NCBI RefSeq assembly: GCF_036321535.1
Contig: NC_087447.1
Location: 42,596,001 to 42,660,000 of the forward strand
From: Camelus dromedarius
Taxonomy: Eukaryota
Length of the DNA: 64,000 nucleotides
Direction: 5' to 3'
Shown here: piece after piece, positions 1 to 14,829 of the stretch
Numbering within the stretch: the stretch's first letter is position 1
Layout: the number at the start of each line of letters is the position of its first letter
Notes under the pieces: generated by a model
The model's database searches: none
The model's input: only the letters and a program-made list of their open reading frames with translations
Told to the model about the DNA's origin: nothing
Program-made: the position numbers and the translations under genes

Positions 1-479
1 CCCAAAACATAGACTGTGTTTAGGGACTGTGGTCATTGAAAAGTGTTATTTGGACAGAGATGTGAAGGATGAGAGGAACCAGCTATGGGGACATCTGGAG
101 GAAGAGTCCCAAGCAAAGGATAGAGCAAGTATAAAACCTGCGAGGCATTGAAAAGAAGACCAGGAGGATGGGAGCTGATGGAGGGAGCGCAGAGGAAGGA
201 AGTCAGAGCAGCAGCAGAGGGCCAGATTGTGTGGGGAGTGGAAATCGTGGTGAGGACTCTGACTTTGTATCTGAGCGATAGAAAAGCCAATGAAGGGTGT
301 TGAGCAAAGGAGTAGCAAGGTTCTGACTTACATTTCAGAAGGATGACTTTGGCTGTTGTGTTGAAAATGGGTTTAGGTGTGAAAATGGGTTTGTGTGTAT
401 AGGTTTATGTGTGAAAAAAACATTTAAAAATAAATCAGTGCAATTTTAGTAGTGCTGTGTATTGTTTTTACTACAGAGT

Positions 480-1030
480 AAATCATGGACATCTTTCCAT
501 GCTGATAAGAGGAGCTACCTTATTTCTGTGAAAGCTTCCTAGTCTATGTTTTAAGACACCAGTGTTTATTAGCCACATTCCTATTGGTGGACATTTAACC
601 AAGTTATTCCTAATCTTTCTATTACAAACAATGCTGCAGTGAATATTCTTTTTGTGTCCAGGACCAATATTCCTGAAAGATCAACTTGTAGATGTCCAAT
701 TGCAGGTCAAAGGACATGCATATTTAAAACTGGATAGATACTACTAAATTACTTTCTAAAAACATACTAATAGATACTCCTTCCAAAATTGTATCTGAGT
801 ATTTTTGACCTACATCATTGCTAACATGGATTATATATCATCGATCTTTTAAATGTTTGCAAATCTGATAAGTAAAAATGATAGTCATTTTAACTTGTTT
901 TTCATTGATTATTAGTAATACTGAGCATGCTGTCATATATTTGTGGCCATTTGGATTTCTTCTTCTGAGAATATCCATGATCTTTGCCTATTTTTCCATT
1001 GCATTGTTTGTTTTTCCAATATCATTTGAA
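480..1030 (-). mobile_element. Old L1 (L1M-type) 3' fragment
   Basis: Antisense L1 motifs: ctattggtggacattta, attacaaacaatgctgcagtgaatatt, gagcatgctgtcatatatttgtggccatttggatttcttcttctgagaa. Confidence 0.75.
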
Positions 1031-3779
1031 AAAAATAAAATTTAAAGTCCCAAGTTATATAAAAGAACATAGTCACTTCTGACCAAACCTTTTCTTTCTT
1101 ATAGTCATTTTTATATAGTAAAGTCTCATTAACTTGGCATTTAAGGACTTTGGGGACAGCCTGCTCTGCAGGTGACCTTTGTACCATCTGTGATCAATTT
1201 TAGCAAGATGGCAAAAAAAAAAAATTATATTCTCCGAGGAACAAATTCCTTAAACTCATAGTAATTCATAAAGTCCTTCAGATCTAAAGAAAAATTAATG
1301 ATGACATGGATTTCTATTTTTCTTTAATAGCTACTTATCCTTTCATAAAGTGTACATTAGTTAAGGAATATACTTGCTAAAATATAAATTTTTTGTATTT
1401 TGATTATTCTTAAAACGTGCTGAAATTTTAAAAAGACATAATTCAGGCAGCTTGCAAACTGGGAAGTATTTCAGTGTTTGGGTTCTTGAGAGACTAGAAA
1501 AGTTTAATTCAGCTTTTAACAGTAGTAGCTTTCCTCTGCAGCAGCTGAGAAATTAATTCAAACACAATTTATTGAGATACCACTTAGTGCCACTCTGTGA
1601 ACCTGGGATGAAGCAGTGAGAACATAATGGATGAGAAGCCTGCTTTTATGAAGTTCATATTCTAACAGAGAGAGATGGTCAATTAGAAAGTAAAGAAAAA
1701 AGATAGCTTCAGAACTTATAAAGTTTATTTAACATAGTAAAACAGAAAGGACCGGGGGAGCAGAGATTACTGCTCTCTATGAGGTATTCAAGGAAGGCTG
1801 TCAGAGCAGGTTTGAGCTAAGACCTAAGTGAGAAGGAGGAGCTGGCTGTGCAAAACTCTGATGGAGGCAGAGGGTGCTCTGGTGGAGGAGATATCAGCAG
1901 ATGCAAAGGTTCTGAGGCAGGAATGAGCCAGGCATTTGCTTCTTAATTTTTTCAAAATTGAGAAATTGTTAGTAACTGAACAGTCAGAAAACTCCTTTTC
2001 TGTTTTAAATTGAGAAAAATATAAAACCTGTATTAGCAATATAGACCAATATTAAACCAATATTTATCACACAGACTTGCTAGGAAATTTAATTTAAAAA
2101 GTTTAAAAAATGTAATTTAGTAAAATGTTGACATTTATTGAGCACTTAATATGTTCTGCACTGTGCAAAGCACTTTACACATCTTATCTCATTTAGCCCT
2201 CATCCCAAGTCTGTTCTCCATCATGCCCTTTGTACAGGTAAGGAAACAAAGGCAGAGGAAGGTAAGCAGTTTTTCTGATGTCATGCAGCAAGTAAGTGCC
2301 AGAGCCAGGATTCGAACTCACTTCGAATTCAAGAGCCTATGTTCCTAACCTTCTCAATGTGAATACTCTCACCTCTCCTGGGCACAGCCTGTGCCCTGTG
2401 ATTATCTTACTTACACTGCACTCCTATGGAGAGCCCTCCACGGGCCAGCTCTGTGATGGGTGCTGAAGAGGCCTGAATAAGTAAGACACCATCCATCAAG
2501 TCGTAGCCCTCCCAGGAAAGAGTCAGAGAAGCCTTCCCAAAAGAGAGAAAGCCCAAGCTGAGTTCTGAAGGATGCACAGATGAAGCATAAATGGGGAGGA
2601 GTGTTCAGGCAGAGGAACAGCCCTGGGGAATGAGGACGAGCAAGATGTGCACAGGGGATTGTTGACAGTTTAGTATCGCTCACCCTGGAGTGGAAGGTAG
2701 GATGCGGTGGGCAGCTGGGCTAGTGGGAAAAGCATGGCCAAGTCATGAGAGACCTTGAATATGTCGCTCAGGAGCCTTGACTTTAGGTGGCAGGTGTCAT
2801 TAGAGGATTTAATCAGGGAGCAAAAGGTCATATTTATTTCAAGGAAGATCTCTCTAACTGAATTGGGGGTCAGGACTGGAGGCAGAAAAACCAATTTGGG
2901 AGCTTCTGAATGCTTTGCATAAGAGATATTGAGAACATGAAGGCACTAGATGGGGTAAAAAAGAAGCAGTGGATTAGAGGGCTATTTAGGAGGAAACATA
3001 AGCAGCATTTGGTGATAAATTGGATTGGGGACCGAGAAGAGGAAAGACCTGCGGTGAGCTCAGAGGTTTCTGACGTGGCCTCTGATCCTGCCCTGGCTTC
3101 CCACACGTCCCTCATCTCACCCAGCCCTGTTTCATATGCAGGAGTTGCTGAGAAAAAGCCTATGGGCTGGTTGAATGGTTAGGTGAATGGGATCACTGGG
3201 GAAGAAATAATCAGAAAAGATTTATAGGAAAAGCAGAAAAAAATAGGCTTTTGAGAGGGCATGAGAAAGAATGAAAACTCAGATGCAGAAAAGGAGACTA
3301 AAGGCTGAGCTTTGAGTTGAAGACACTGAGAGAAGTGCAAGGAGGCCAGTCAAGGAGGCATTTGAGCGGGGAGTGACGCGGTCAGAGAAGCACTTTAGGA
3401 AGGTGAATCTGATGGTAGGATGTAATAACAGAGCTGAGGCCGGGAGGAACGGAAGGGAAGGGAAATCTTTGGAAGGTGATTGCAGTGATCTAGGTAAGAG
3501 GTGGTGAGGATCGAAGGAAACTAGTGTGGTGGGAATGAAGCATAGGAGATGGACTAAAGGGACACAGCTGTCAGATGCTGCCGTGGGGAGGAGAGAAGTT
3601 GGGATTAACTGTGGTTTGGAGCCTTGGTGCCTGGGAATGTAAAGGTGCTGTTTATAAAAAGAGTAAAGCCAGAAGGACAGGACAGCCTAGACAGGGAAGA
3701 AGAGAGGAGCATTCCTCTGGGGAAAGTTGAATTTGAGTTGCAACAAGACTTCCAGGCAGAAAAGTGGGAGTCTAGGAAA

Positions 3780-6190
3780 ATGACCTCACTTCTCCACTTG
3801 CAGACTGACCCTCCTCTCCTGCGTCTGTCCACACGTGCTCTGTCTAGTCTCCTTTTGAAACTGGATGAGCAGCCCATGCTCCCATGCTTCTGCCGAAGGC
3901 AAACTCCTCCCCTGGGCCCTGGAGCCCACTCCCTCTCACCGGCTCAGGAACGCTGCTCCCACTGTTGTCCCCACTGACCCCCATCTCAGAATTCTTCTCC
4001 TCTACGGGGTCATTTTCAAGGGCACACAAACCTACCTCCTGTCTTACAAACCGACTAAGTCCTCCTGTGACTTCCTGCTTCTCTCCAGATACGGCCTCCT
4101 TTCTTTGACCCCCCCATAGAGCCAAACTCCTTCAAAGACTTGTCTAAACTCGCTCTCTCACCGACCATTTTCTCTTCAACTCTAGCCAATCTGGTTTTCA
4201 TTCCCAGCTTCTCCAACGAAATGGCTTTTGCCAAGATTTTTAACAACCTTCACGTGACCGAATCCAGTTGCCAGCTCTCCCTCAGACTCTGCTGATCGCT
4301 CCCTCCTCCTGGAAACTTTTCTCATGGGTTTCACACACCACACACTCTGGTTCTCCTCCTGCTTCACCAGCTGCTCCCTTTTCATTTTCCATGCTCACCA
4401 AATTTTTGATCTCTAAACATCAAGGATCCCAGGTCTCAGTCCTCCATGCCTCTCCCTTATCGTCACCCTCTCCTGGGTGACCCCTTCCAGTGCCATGGCT
4501 TTAAATTCTGCCACACGCTGGTGACTCCCAAACTGCCCTCTCCACCTCTGACCTCTATATGAGTTGTGGACTTCTCTGTCCCAGAGGGGCTGAACATTTT
4601 TGATCTCACACACACACCCATACACACAGTAAAACATTTATGAGTGTCTACTTATTTTAAAATTACAGACTTGTACTATTGGCTAATATATTATGTACAT
4701 CATAAAAGTAGAAGAATGAGATACAGATTGAATAAACAAAATTTTAAATAGCTGGCTAGCCTCTGAAGGTACTGTGTTTACAGCCTGGCAAGGTTCATTG
4801 TTAACAGTAGTGGTTGTAAATCATTTTTCAAATAGTCTTTTTGTTCATTGCTAGTGTTTTGTCTCAACTCTTGTCCAGTCTGATTAAATCACAACTCTTT
4901 CTACCTCATGATGTGGTTTGACAAGGGCTAGTACCAGAAGAACAAGCTGTGTCAGCTCTGTCCTTCCCTGTTGTTCACCTGCACCTGCATCATTGGTCCT
5001 GCATCGCTGGTCCTGCATCACTTCCAGAGTTTCTACAAGAATCATTTGAAGTTGCTTTCTATTTTGTGATGGTTAGTTTGGTTGAAACTAGATAATATAA
5101 TCAGGAAATCTATTCAATGACCCATAATTAAACTGAAATTCTTCTCAAGACACTGAAAAGAAGCAAGTCAGTCAGTGCCTCCCCACTTGCATGGCCAAAA
5201 GTATCTAACACTCAACGTGTCTAAACAAAACATTTTATTCTCCCTCCCTCCAAAATAAAACCTGCTTCTGCCTCATCTGCATGACTGGCATCCCTGTTTG
5301 CCCAGTTGCTCACATTGAAAACCTCAGTCTTCTTGTTCTGTCATGCTCCTTATGGGATCCATTAGCAAATCCTGTGTGATCTGTCCTCAGAGTCTATCCC
5401 AAGTCTAACTGGCTTTCCCTCCCTCCGTTAGTAACTCTCTGTTCCACACCACCGCCATCTCCCGCCCGGTCTATTGTGATAGGCTCTGAATTGTTCCCCT
5501 CAGGCTGGCCTGCCTTCCGTCTCTTCTCCACACTCACATAAGTCAGATCATATCACTGCCCCATGCAAGACCTCCAGCACGCTTCAAGTATGGTCTCATT
5601 TTCTTACCACGACCTTCAAGAACCTCAGTAGTCTGGCCCTTGCTTGCTTTTAGAGTTTGTCTCTTATCACCCAGCCCCTTTCACTGTGTTCCTGCTACAC
5701 TGGCTTTTTGGTATTAGGCAATACCGTCACAAGGCTGTGGCCCTCATTTCACACTGATCTCTGCTCAGAGAGGCCATTTCCCGGCTGCTCTTCTAAAATA
5801 GCATTCGTGCAAGCTCCACCCCCATCACTCTCTTCCTTCCCCTCCTCCCCTGTTTTACTTTTCTCCGTTGCACTTACCTCTAGTTAGCATTCTACTGTAT
5901 ATTTATTTGTTTGCTCATTTATTGGCCATATTCTCCACTAGAGTGAGAGCCCCTTTAGAGCAGGGCCATGTCTGTCTTCTTCTCTACTGTCTCTCTAGCT
6001 CCTAGAACAGACTCAGCACATAGTCAGGGCTAAGCATTGTTGGGGGGGGGGATTAGGTTTTAAAATTTTTAATTAATTAATTAATTTTTAATTTTTTTAA
6101 AATGGAGGAACCCAGGACCTCGCACGTGCTAAGCATTCTCTACCACTGAGCTGTATCCTCCCGGCAGGGCTAAGTATTTACGTAAGTGAG
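3780..6190 (+). mobile_element. LINE-2 relic, interrupted at about 4600-5175 by an unclassified insert and at 6039 by a SINE
   Basis: Pyrimidine-rich L2 body. L2 3' terminus ctagaacagactcagcacatagt. Confidence 0.7.
6039..6164 (-). mobile_element. tRNA-Ala-derived SINE (Vic-1-like), internally deleted, inserted in an L2 3' end
   Basis: Reverse complement reads gggaggatacagctcagtggtagagaatgcttagcacgtgcgaggtcctgggtt. TSD cagggctaagcatt (6025-6038) / cagggctaagtatt (6165-6178). Confidence 0.85.
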
Positions 6191-9100
6191 CAGATAAGTC
6201 TTCCCAGGGACAGCAGATGAAATCCCAAGGATAGTTGCTAATATTAAGAGAATAGAGAGCAAAGGGCAAATCTTTGGGGGAGAGACTTAAATTGGGGGCA
6301 AAAGAGGTACTCTACAGGGAGTGAAATCTCAGCCCCACTCACTAGGCATGAAGAAAACGTGGCAGGCCCTGGGGAACGCAGCAGGGAAGGCACCAAGTGG
6401 GGCTCAGCTCACTGCCCCAACTATAAGAATGTTCTGAGCACACACCAAAACCCCGGACAGAGTGACAAGTCCGCCTCTTAGCGCGAGGGGGTGCTATCTC
6501 CTGTTATCCTGAAACATGTGAAAGGGGTTCAGCCCAGGATCCTGAAGCCACACCTCTGCCTCGAGCACCACGTCTCTGAGCTGTGGCAACGCGGCGGCTC
6601 CAGGAGACCCTGGGAATTCGAGTGGGCTGCCCCGGGCTCTCCTTCAGAAGTCAGGGTGTGATTCTTAAGAAAACATGCTGGAGGGTGACCTCTTTTATTG
6701 GGTTCACCATCTGAGCTGTAGAGAGACCATGTGTTTGTCCATAGCCTGAAATGCTCAAAGGCCGTGGTGTTGAAAAGAGGGCCAGCCTTAGGTCTCTTCG
6801 TCACCATTAATCCTGGTCCCCGCTGGTCTCTCCCTTTTGCATCAGAAAAGCTTTCTTGTTTTTTTTTTGAAGAGGGGAGAAAACAGCTGTGCTGGATTTG
6901 AGAATCGGATTTTAATGGTCACTGAAGACACACAAAAGCTTTGCTGTGATCTTGAAGTGTTCTGGGGGCGTTGACTCCTTTGTCTGGGGCAGCAAACAAG
7001 CCGGCTGCTCGAGGAGAGAGAAGCCACTGGGACTGGGATCCAGGTCTCTGTAGGCCAGATCTGCAGCACTTTTGCAAAGAGCTGTTTTCAGACATTTCTT
7101 TATGGCATTTCAGAATCGCTTTTTCGTGTTTAGCTCATTTTTACCTTGTGAAAGAAACAAGTGAATGTGGAAGGGGCTTGGCGTGGATTCTTTCTCTGGA
7201 AGGGAAATGGAAACTGTGAGTGACAAGATGAGTGTGTTTCCGTGGAGCATGTCTTTTACTGTGAGAACAAAGAACCCAGCGGCCCAAGGGGCATTTCTCA
7301 GTCCTCTGCTCACTTGAGAAATTGCAACAGATGTGGGAGATTATGAGGCTTCGCAAAATGTAACTTTTCAAAGGTGTGTGGGGTGGGTGTTCAGTAGTTC
7401 TAAGGAGGAGTGGACACCCAGAGCAGCGAGAGGCCATCCAGTTCCTCTTTGCAGTGAGAACTATTCTCGTCCACCTGTGGAGGGGATTGTTTTCTGCCAG
7501 AGGAACTGGGATGGAATCTGAGTCTAAGGTATGACTCATGAGGCCACTGGAATCCTTGCCATCGCATGGGCACTGTCCCTTTAGGTGAGTGAGTGTTGTG
7601 GTAACAGCTGTCCCCAAAATGGAAATAGCTTGGGCTAGAGGGGCTTGGTTTTATTTACTTTCTGCCAGTCTTCATGACAGTTGGGTTGTTAGAACCGTGC
7701 AGGGGTTATGCCCTCATGTACTGGCCTGCTGTAGGCCCTGGGGTAGTCAGGTGAGATACAGGATAAAAAACCACGAATTCCTAGCACATAATTCGGTGCA
7801 GCTTTTCATGGGAGATGAGCTGAAACCAGAGTAATTATGGAAACCATTATCCAGTAGGGCTGCATTTAGAGACTCAGTCTGGAATTATCGGCTCTGTCTG
7901 CCACAGTTCTCTGCACTATCCTCATTATAATGTTGTTTGACAAGAAAGCAAGAGTTTGATTCACTTTTAATTTTTAAAAAAAATCATAAACTTAAATTAA
8001 AATGATATGTGCATATTATAAAAGAAAATCCAAGCAATATAAAAAACTATCAAATATTACTTTAGAGTAGACTTTATTGATTGCATTTAATTGGAGAAGT
8101 AATATTTGAAATGTGGCGTATTTTGGCTTACTATGATTTTTTAAGAAGCCTCATTTTTGGTTTCTTTAGATTATGGAATAAATAATGAGAAGACATTTTT
8201 ATTACTGGTAATAGAGAACTTTGCCATGTTTAACGCTAAAAGTACATATGTGAATTACATTTGTAGGCTAGAATGAAAACCAGTGTTCCCCCTTACACAC
8301 ATTCAAGAGCTATAATAGCTACTTTTATCAAGTGATATTTTGTTTTCTATTTCTTGCTTAGGTATAAAAGAGTATGTGTTTATTCCAGTCAAACTCTCCT
8401 GATACCCCATAGAGAATTGTTGGCAAAGTCTGTAATTGTGATTCAGTCTACATTTTTGTTCAATGACCTTTTTCCTCTTTAAACTCAAAGGTCTTGAGCT
8501 CACTGTAGGTGAATTTCACAGATTAGCTGTGGGATCTTGGCAGAATTATTTAACATCCCTAAGTTTCTGTTTCTGTGCAGTGGTGCTAATCATAGGTTGT
8601 TCCTTCAGGTTGTTTCCAGGACTGAAAAGAGAGAACACGTGTCAAGCTTGTGGCATGGTGTCTAGTAGCTCGCTGAGTACTGAACGTCAGTCATCAGAAA
8701 GGCTATTATGATGGTTATGATGATGTTTAAATATTACATTAGGGAACCCAAAATTCAGTATATTTACTTTCTGTTCCTATCCTAAAATAAGATATAAGCC
8801 CATGTTTAACTAATAACACCAAAATATAATCAGAAGCACAGTTTATTCATTTCCTTGTGTTGACTATTTCAGGAGACGTTTACCAGGGTTTACTCTCTGT
8901 AATGTATTAATTTTATTACAAATATGAAGCATGCTATTTTGCAGAGTTTATCTGAAGACCCTTGAGATCACCCTACCCACAACCGACAGAGAGTGATCTT
9001 TTCAAAACACAGCTTCTGGTGGTATTCCTCACCTTTCGATGGCTTCTTTACCTGCAGGATAAAATCCAAATGCCTGGCATTCAAGGACTTTTTCAGTCTA

Positions 9101-9641
9101 TCCTCAGTCTATCCTTTCTTCCCTTTCCTCCCACATGTTAGGCATGAATCTTCACCTGCCCCCTTTTTTATCTGGGGAGCTCCTACTCATCCTTCAAGGC
9201 CTGACACAAATGTGGCTTCTTCTAGGAAGCCTTCCGGGATGCCACCAGCCAGAATTAACAGCACCCCCTCTATTCTTCCAGCACCAGCCCTATATTTAAT
9301 GAATTATTTTCACCTTTATACTCCTTCTGACAGCCTCGTTAAGTAGGGAATGTCATTAAGTGCTTGTGCTCAAAAATAATTAGGGCCACTGTGATCCTGG
9401 TTCCCAAGAAGCTCATGGTCTAGGGAGAGAGGACCTGTAAATGCCTTTTACAGTGAATGACAAGGATCTTGGCAGAGGGGTGTGCTCAGGGAACCCAGAG
9501 GTGGCACACATTCTGTATTCAGAGGGGTTGATTGGGGAGGTGTTGGGTCAAAGCCATCTGTTTACCTTCATCTCTGTCACTCACATTATCCTTCCTTGGC
9601 CTCTGTCCCTCACTGACCAGATCATTTCCCCCTTTGGCTAG

Positions 9642-9812
9642 TCAGTTGCAGGGCTGGGACTTATTATGATGGCGCACAAGAACGCTGCATTTTATGTCCA
9701 AATGGAACCTACCAAACCGAGGAGGGACAAGTCACATGTGAACCATGCCCAAGACCAGAAAATCCTGGGGCCCTGAAGACTCTGGAAGCTTGGAATGTGT
9801 CTGAATGTGGAG
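9642..9812 (+). CDS. SCUBE2: SCUBE2 internal coding exon (Cys-rich repeat region), 171 nt, phase 1-1
   Basis: Boundaries tttggctag|TC...GGAG|gtaaga. Translates (V)[56 protein letters not shown], recognisable SCUBE2. No earlier exon was recognised in 1-9641. Confidence 0.95.
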
Positions 9813-10732
9813 GTAAGAATTCTGTCTGCCCCTTCTTCCTCCTGCAGTCTCTGGTATCATTGTGTAGACGGAAGGCATAAGTAGCATTTCAGTGTAGATG
9901 ATGCACTCTGCACCATGGAATTCCTACGAGCAGGGACTGTACTGGGCTCATTCTTGGCTCTCAGAGCCTAGTTCAGTGCCTGACACATGCTGCGCTGACG
10001 CTCACTTGAACAAATAAATGATCTTATAGAATACCTTGGCAGAAAAAAATGTGTAAATGTTGCAACTGCATATTGAATCACTGTATATAGATATCACCTG
10101 AGTGATCCCCCAGTGTGTAGGGGCTGCCTGAAAGTGTCAAAAAATGGAGAAAGTAGCCCTGATTATTCTTGCAGCTTTAGTCTCAAAGTCAGAGCTTATT
10201 GGTTTTTTTAAAATATGTTCATCTGGTTATTTTGTTAAAACTCAGTTTTAAGAGTTTTTATTTGTCTCTAATAAAATTTTAACTCTGGAACCACTCTTAC
10301 TTAGGTTCTGCGGACTTATTTATTTTATTGGTAACTGTCTTTATTAAACAGAAGGGACAGCTGTACTGACACTCTGTGGACTCAAATGAAAGGTGTGATT
10401 TGATGTGGCGATTTGTAGGGGATGTCCATGGCAGAGTGCATCGGAGCCCTGCCTCCCCTTCCAGTGAATCTCAGCTTTAGTTCCCACCTTCATGACTCCA
10501 AACTCAACTGCAGAACCTTTTCTGGTTTAAAAATCAGGTCCTCAGATTGACCGTGTGACTCCTACCATGTCTTTGACCTGTTATCCTTGGCTTCCACCTT
10601 TGCACTGTGCTGTGTAGCCCTGCATGTCAGCTTCAGGCACTCTTGTGTGACCTAGACAGGGTCAGCAGCAGGGCAGGACAGGCTCTCCTCACTGAGGTGG
10701 GAGCTGAGGTCAGCACAGGGTGACAGGCCTGA

Positions 10733-11038
<306 letters not shown>

Positions 11039-11527
11039 TGATCAAGCGCAGCCCCAAGATGCCCCATGTGGTGCCCCAGTGACAGGGAGGCCAGGTCTCC
11101 AGGGCCATTTGCCCCTGCAGGATGTGCAGGGGGCAGGAGAACTCCTAGACACTGTCCCCCACTACCCCCCTCCAGCCACCTTGGCCCCTTCAGACGGGGC
11201 TGACTGCAGGGACCACCGACCAGGGAGGATGGGCAGGTTTAGTCCACAGCTCCCTCTATGTCCATACCCTTACCTGGAGCACGCCCCTCCAGACAGGCCC
11301 TACCCCTTCTCCAGGGCCCCACTCCGCTGTCCCTGCAGGAGCCTGGTGTCAGATCTACACCCTGCATGCTCACAAGCACCCTGTGCGTGAAGACTCGGGC
11401 TGTGAGAATTGCATGGACCGTAAACTCTGAAGATACACCCGTACCTTGTTCCCTTTGTGTTTTTCTCAGTGTCATGAGTCACAAGTCCCACCCAAGCTGG
11501 CTATTTAGGGAATTAAGTGTTGATTAG

Positions 11528-12097
<570 letters not shown>

Positions 12098-13146
12098 TGA
12101 AGCATTCTCAAGCAGAATAAGTTCCTGGCCCTGCAGACAGCATGGGTGGTGGGATTGCAGAGAGAGCCCCTGCCTTGAAAAGGAGCTTACTGCTACTTGG
12201 AATATCCTCGTCTGTTGGTAGGTTAGATTTGGGAAGTTTACAGTGTGACAAGATTCTTCCCCCCACCAAGACGGAATCTGTTTCCTTGTCTTCCCACCCC
12301 TGGTCCTTGGTTGGCTCTTCGGAGCCACAGGTCGCCCTTCGGGCTGGAATGCAGTTTCCTCGACTCCATGGCTCTCCCCTCCTGCTTTTTGCTCCAGGAA
12401 CAAAAGTCTCTTTATTTTATTTTTTTCTAATGAGAAGAATAAATCCCAGTTACAATCAGAGAGAAGAAAGGTTATCCCTTCAACCTCTTCTCCTGCCCAG
12501 GTTCACCTGACAGTTTTAAATAATAAGCTCCTTGAGGACAAGAATATTTGTTGGATGAGTGGAGGTTCAATGAATGAAGATATGGCTGAGGTGGTGTGTG
12601 TGTGTGTATGTGTACCCACAAGTGTGTGCTCCTTGCCTTTGGTGCTAGAGGTGAGTATCCAGCATGCCCCATACTGACTGAGAGCTAAATGGAATTCTCT
12701 TCTTCACTTAAAAATAAAGCATGGCCTTGACCAGAGAGAAACATAGAAGAATATGGCTGTCACGTCCTCATCAAAGATCACTAGGAAAGGGTCGGATTTC
12801 CTCTGCTGAGCAGTAGCTCTATTCTCCCTATTTTGACAGACCTACGAGTCTTATGCCATGGGTTCTCCTGGCACTTGGACTGTGTAAACAAAATCGGGAA
12901 AACTAAAGTTATCCTTTTGTTTCATAAACACCTGTCTCTGACCTTGAATGCCTTCAAGTTAATGAGAAAATGTACCCTGGGAACTCGGAGGGGTGGGCTC
13001 TGTGTGGGCTCCCAGGGGGCCCTGGGGATTACGGGGCAGACACATCTCCAGGCTCTGTTCCTTGAGGGCCATAGGGACGCAGTGACTCTCCTCAGCTGAG
13101 CTGGCTCTGGTCAGGACAGAATGATGGCTGTGTCGTGCCTTCATAA

Positions 13147-13398
<252 letters not shown>

Positions 13399-14499
13399 TG
13401 AGGCCAGCTGGGAACTCTGGTGGCATGCTGCCTGGCTTAAATGGGAGAAACAGGCCTGGAATGTCACCTCTGTATTCAAAGAGAGATGGGATGTGAGTTT
13501 ATAGAGTTTGCCAAGAAACAAAATTTAGACCAAAAACACACGTTGAGGCCTCTTGCTGAACCCTAGAGGCAGTGATCCTGCAAGTCAGTTTTCCCCTCGG
13601 TGCTCATTGGGGACCCTCGTCCACAAGGACATGGAGTGTCAGTGAAGCTCACGCAGGGCTGATCCCAGACACTTGCCTCACCCTGGGAAGTAGCTTGTGG
13701 CTTGGGAACTGACCAAGGCCAAGGGCATGGTCCAGCCTGATTCATGACCATGTGCCCAGAAAGGGATGCTGCTTAGAGGCAGTGTAGTGAGGGGGCTCTG
13801 TAGCCAGGCTGCCTGGATCTGAATCCCAGCCCCACCTCTTATTAGTTCTGTGATCTTGGGAATACATTCTGGAACTTTCTGTGCCTCAGATTGCTCATCT
13901 GTTAAAGTGAGGACAATAAGAGCTGCTACCTCATAGGGTTATCATGAGGAAGAAATGAGTTTGTAGTTGTAAAGCACTTGGAATAATAATGACACATGGA
14001 GCCACTAGGTGTTTGCTATGTCTTATTAGTGGTTACAATGTCTGAAGTCACGTGTGGGTTTGAATCCTGATTTTTTTCCACATACTGGCTGTGTGACCCT
14101 GGGCAAGTACTGAATCCCTCTGTAAGTGAGAACTTCCTATGGTTTTCAGGGGTTTGAGCGAGATAAAGTGCTAGCACGCTGCCTGGTCTCAGGAAGCGTG
14201 CAGTGAGTAGTGGTGATTACCACCAGGTTACAGCAGGTTGGGTCTGGAACGTGCAGGCTGTGTCCTCAGCTCCTTCAATTGCTGCAGCCTGGGCTGCTGC
14301 TGTTAGCCAGCCATGGGCCTGCCAGTGAGCCTTCCCTGGGGCCCACAATCGCCAGCTACATCTACAGGATTTCCGGGACTGTGGCCCTTTCAATGGCTCA
14401 GCTGGTCCTGAAGAGCCCTTCAGCATAACTTGATTTGCGATGTGAGTGGTGTGCTGTGAGTGAAAGATGAGTGTTCACTGTCTGCACGCTCAGTGATGA

Positions 14500-14829
<330 letters not shown>

